Below are positions 62,601 through 64,000 of a stretch of 64,000 nucleotides of DNA, piece by piece (within the stretch, counting starts at the first letter, position 1; the number at the start of each line of letters is the position of its first letter). A program made the translations under genes and the position numbers. Below the pieces are notes generated by a model. It was not told where the DNA came from. It saw only the letters and a list, made by a program, of their open reading frames with translations, and did no database searches. Where the stretch lies: contig CM120642.1 in the NCBI GenBank assembly GCA_051362555.1, positions 24,304,001 to 24,368,000 of the forward strand, written 5' to 3'. Source of the stretch: Lingula anatina (lineage: Eukaryota; Animalia; Brachiopoda).

Positions 62601-64000
62601 AAGGAGTTCAGGGAAAGATACTGAAGAAGTCTATTTTAAGGAGATTGTAGTGTAGAGTAGTCAAAATTGAAATATGACTGGTAACAACTGAAACTATCAT
62701 AGCTTATATGATGCAGTCAGTTTTGTTCATTTTCTGATCATATTTTCTGAATTTGAAGTAGCGTCAACTTGAAAAAAAAAGGAAAAAAAGTAATTAACAA
62801 ATCTCGTATGTTCATGTGCAACAAACTGTTACAGTATCCAAAAACGAAAGGCAATTGTGTTTAACGGATGCCCTTCTTTAGATAAACCTAGGCCAATGAC
62901 AGCCTCTGAACTGCTGCGTATAAAGAAGATGCAAATGTCAAAGCCACCACAAGGTGTCACTGCTCTGGACAAGATCAAGGCGCAGATAGGGGCTGGCCCT
63001 ACTGCTGCTGGGGATATAAACCTTGTGAAGGAGCCTCCCACTGAAAAACCCATTTTACCAGCTCCTGTTGTTGTTCAAGGTTTTGGCCTTCCTGGTGTGC
63101 TCCCATCTATATCAGGTATGAAGATATATCTCTGAACATTGTCATCTTTTCCCTGAAGTGTTGTCAACTTAAATACAGAAGCACTAATATATATATATAT
63201 TAATTTTAACAATGTGCGGGTTATAGCACATTCAGCATAAATGAAAATGTTTCACCAGTTTATACATATATGAGTAAGTATGGGCAATAAGAACATAAAT
63301 AATGAAATTTGGAGTTTTTAATACCCTTTTATGAAACTTGAAAACATGATACATAAAATTATTTTGCTGTGAACATGACATTGCTTTATTTTTATTCACT
63401 TTGAGCATATCTATTTCAAACATATATTCACAAGGGTCTTTGTGTTTATTTCAGAAATTCCCAAGAGTCAAAATAATGGTGAGGTCAGCACATCAGTAGC
63501 CCCAGAACCTGTACCAGTCCAGCTCTTGTCCTCTGAGGCACTGAGATCTCAGCAGGCGGCAGCACCAATTCAGCTGGTGTCAGGCCAGCAGGGTGCAGCA
63601 GCAGTACAACTAGTTTCTTCTCAACAGGGGGCAACACCAATTCAATTGGTGTCTAGCCAACAAGGGGCTACACCAATTCAGCTGGTGTCTAGCCAACAGG
63701 GGGCTACACCAATTCAGCTGGTGTCTAGCCAACAGGGGGCAACACCAATTCAGCTGGTGTCTAGCCAACAGGGGGCAACACCAATACAACTGGTACCCTC
63801 ACAGCAGGGGGTAGCACCAATACATCTGGTGTCCAGCCAGCAGGGGACAGCACCATTTAATGTGGTATGCCCCCAGGGGGCAGCACCAGTTCAGCTTATG
63901 GCTGGTCAGCAGGGGGCTGCACCAGTACAGCTAGTATCTTCACAGCAGGGGGCAGCACCAGTGCATCTTGTTTCAGCTCAGCAGTTGCCACAGACCACAT
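53614..64000 (+). CDS. MGA: MGA (MAX gene-associated / MAX dimerization protein)-like, 5' part; continues beyond the window
   Basis: Phase-consistent exons 53614-54328, 54705-54786, 54916-58376, 59137-59549, 60053-60184, 60482-60636, 60881-61045, 61383-62224, 62882-63115, 63455-end. MGA-like motifs in the expected order: DGIVFASFSSKQGLE; Cys cluster CPKEYCRMGCICESL...CGKEECQIECHC (DUF4801/MGA domain); SCARTTVY; LLQIKSNCKWGMNRQNILNSI. The bHLHZip is not reached in this window. Confidence 0.8.
63547..63985 (+). repeat. Coding 36-bp / 12-aa tandem repeat (QQGATPIQLVSS) x ~12
   Basis: Unit CAACAGGGGGC(A/T)ACACCAATTCAGCTGGTGTCTAGC, in frame with the exon starting at 63455. Confidence 0.9.

Noticed and set aside
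62835-62881. Upstream acceptor for the MGA-like exon / ORF 62857-63135 start
   Set aside because: Splicing from 62224 to 62835 gives an in-frame TAG; the acceptor at 62881/62882 preserves the frame.

Overview
AT-rich, intron-containing animal DNA, probably a marine invertebrate (lophotrochozoan/mollusc-like; inferred from gene content and repeat types). From left to right: (1) the 3' half of a GRAF/ARHGAP26-like RhoGAP-SH3 gene (+, to 18636), whose introns carry a Helentron/HINE-type element with 146-bp tandem repeats, MITEs and minisatellites. (2) A ~17 kb locus (21.9-39.2 kb, -) with two intact cGAS-like receptor (cGLR/Mab-21 nucleotidyltransferase) genes, each one uninterrupted ORF with a helical/TPR-like tail. 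The locus also holds a truncated third copy, several orphaned copies of their 5' and 3' flanks, an 88-bp candidate gene-conversion tract, a templated insertion and a TA-flanked DNA transposon. (3) A complete 9-exon NEIL3 gene (+), head-to-head with the cGLR cluster. (4) A possible small spliced minus-strand gene. (5) The 5' part of an MGA (MAX gene-associated)-like gene (+) with no visible T-box, running off the window end in a 12-aa repeat. The cGLR array is the best candidate for an undescribed system. All homology calls come from motif recognition by eye; no searches were run.
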